A stretch of 43,400 nt of DNA, taken from positions 1-43,400 of IMG/VR virus record IMGVR_UViG_3300045187_000085; one strand, given 5' to 3'. Numbering within the stretch: the first letter of the stretch is position 1; every line of letters starts with the position of its first letter. The DNA is from a virus (lineage: Duplodnaviria > Caudoviricetes). Shown in pieces: positions 41,961 through 43,400 of this stretch. A program made the translations under genes and the position numbers. The notes below the pieces were generated by a model that saw only the letters and a list, made by a program, of their open reading frames with translations, made no database searches and had not been told where the DNA came from.

Positions 41961-42825
41961 TCCTCGCGCCCTCGAAGCTCTCAAGAACAATCAGCGCCAG
42001 CTTGACATGGATGGCTGCGAAGTCGGCGTGTCCCGACAGGCGCTAAACGAGGCAATCTCCTACATCGGCCGACTGACCGCCGACCGCGATTTCTGGAAAG
42101 AGCGGTTGCAGGTCGAGACACGCGCCCGGATCGAAGCCGAAGCCCTCTCCCGCACAGGCGCGGTGAAGGTGCCGAGCGGTGAAATTGAGGAAATCGTGTC
42201 TGATCTTGAATACTGGTCCGAGCGCCTAGCAGATATGCGTCAGCCGCAAGGACAATCTTCACTGAAACATGCGGCTTCCATCCTCTCCGCCCTTGAGCCA
42301 GCCGCGCCGGAGCGGAAAACATTGGTTCACGAGCCTATGGTGTGGACGGGGCGCGGCCCCTACGGCATGTCGCCAGCCGCACCGGAAGGCCAGCAGGAGG
42401 CAGCGGCGTGGCAATCGCAAGACCTTATCGAGAGTGTGTCTTACGTCAGCAAGAACTTCGGCCTTGTGCGATACGAAGGGATTGACCGCTACTTCGGCCA
42501 GTCTACGCACAAATTCTCGACCGGGCACGGTGCACGGTATGTTCTGCCGGAGGCGCTAAACGACTTCCTCTCTCCAAAGCCTGTCGCCCGCCCCGCAGCA
42601 CAGGCGGTGACAGACGCCGGAGTTGAGGCTGCTGCTCGTCACATCACCAAATGGCTAGGCTTCGCATGGGATGACCTCCATGACGGCCGCGTGATCGAGA
42701 AGGGCTTACCGATCTTTCTCCACCACAGCCAGTTCGGCTGGCAGTTCCAGGGCCATAAGGGCGACATGATCGACCTCGCCCGCATCGCCCTCAAGGCCGC
42801 GATGGAGGCAGGGCGCCATGAGTGA
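41947..42825 (+). CDS. Mosaic Ead/Ea22-like hypothetical protein
   Basis: Modular segments separated by PAAPE-like linkers. Confidence 0.65.
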   Translation: MTMLDPRALEALKNNQRQLDMDGCEVGVSRQALNEAISYIGRLTADRDFWKERLQVETRARIEAEALSRTGAVKVPSGEIEEIVSDLEYWSERLADMRQPQGQSSLKHAASILSALEPAAPERKTLVHEPMVWTGRGPYGMSPAAPEGQQEAAAWQSQDLIESVSYVSKNFGLVRYEGIDRYFGQSTHKFSTGHGARYVLPEALNDFLSPKPVARPAAQAVTDAGVEAAARHITKWLGFAWDDLHDGRVIEKGLPIFLHHSQFGWQFQGHKGDMIDLARIALKAAMEAGRHE

Positions 42826-43006
42826 CGCACACGACGAATACGCCATGCTTCAGGCGTTCGGAGGCGCATGTTCTCTCGGCATGGACGCGCTGCGATTGTC
42901 CATTGGCCAGCAACCGAAGAAGCACAGCCCGGAAACGATTGCGGCATGGTTCGCCTATCTCGCATCCCGCCAGGCCCTCGCCAAAATCAAGGGAGGGGAG
43001 AGGTGA
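42818..43006 (+). CDS. Hypothetical protein
   Basis: ggagg SD; coupled. Confidence 0.6.
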   Translation: MSDAHDEYAMLQAFGGACSLGMDALRLSIGQQPKKHSPETIAAWFAYLASRQALAKIKGGER

Positions 43007-43221
43007 GCCGATTGAACGACAATGGCGGCGACAGCGCCCGCGTCCGCGTGGTGGCCCATGCGATCCTGCGCGCGTCTTACCCGAATATGAGCGCTGAGCG
43101 GTTCACGGCGTCTTGGAAAATCTCGACGGATGAATGGCGCTGGCAGTTCCTGCACCATGCCCGCGCGGCACTTGAGGCACTGGATAGTCACGACGCCACC
43201 CGCCCCGGAGGCAGGACATGA
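43003..43221 (+). CDS. Hypothetical protein
   Basis: GTGA-coupled start; FLHHARAALEAL. Confidence 0.6.
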   Translation: MSRLNDNGGDSARVRVVAHAILRASYPNMSAERFTASWKISTDEWRWQFLHHARAALEALDSHDATRPGGRT

Positions 43222-43400
43222 GCAGGGCGCTCGCGCTTACTCAGCGACAGGTGAGAGCCTTGTGCGAGGGCGCGAAAAAGGCCGGCTATGCACCAATCGC
43301 CCAGTTTGGCAATGTGCTGGTGCGCCTTGTCCCCGAAGAACACGCTATTCCTGACCAGCCATCACCGCGCGTTGACGATGGGGAGGACTTTGATCTTTGA
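43218..43400 (+). CDS. Small protein, possible excisionase
   Basis: MSRALALTQRQVRALCEGAKKAG; last gene of the PL operon in this window, where xis-int usually lie. Confidence 0.5.
   Translation: MSRALALTQRQVRALCEGAKKAGYAPIAQFGNVLVRLVPEEHAIPDQPSPRVDDGEDFDL

Larger units (their letters stand above)
1..43400. mobile_element. Temperate HK97/lambdoid-type phage or prophage (partial), probable Rhizobiales host
   Basis: Contiguous head, packaging, immunity, replication and recombination modules with ATGA-coupled operons; no bacterial housekeeping context seen. Confidence 0.97.

Noticed and set aside
1-43400. tRNA genes, att sites, full CtrA boxes (TTAA-N7-TTAA), integrase, lysis genes
   Set aside because: None recognised by eye; integrase and tail/lysis modules probably lie outside the window. 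A tRNAscan-SE and motif scan would be needed to exclude them formally

Overview
The whole window is part of a temperate, lambdoid-like (HK97-head) phage or prophage of a high-GC alphaproteobacterium, most likely Rhizobiales (inferred from a DUF982 gene, a CtrA-like DNA-binding domain and a Rhizobiales-type HTH). Left to right: a putative virion-modification cassette (Maf/MptE-like transferase, Methyltransf_24, partial capsule-synthesis-like gene), head-tail adaptors, capsid, protease, portal, an inserted HNH gene, terL/terS and a gp74-like HNH (all minus strand); two plus-strand morons (SieB-like, DUF6161-like); a minus-strand accessory operon (HTH, HNHs, acyl carrier protein, C5-MTase-like); a divergent intergenic region at about 17.15-17.63 kb that may hold the cos site; a plus-strand island of small genes with DUF3560 plus an N6-MTase and a repeated covarying hairpin; the cro-side early operon (DnaB, RuvC-like, MTase, CtrA-like wHTH); the cro/cI switch; a structured non-coding region with a candidate CGCCAA-loop antisense RNA; and the PL-type operon (RecT, DUF1364, xis-like gene). 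I recognised no replication initiator or primase, tRNA, CRISPR array, integrase, tail or lysis gene in the window. The best candidate for an undescribed system is a plasmid-style, antisense-controlled non-coding module at 35.44-36.04 kb that may be an RNA-primed origin. All family calls come from motif recognition by eye, not from database searches.
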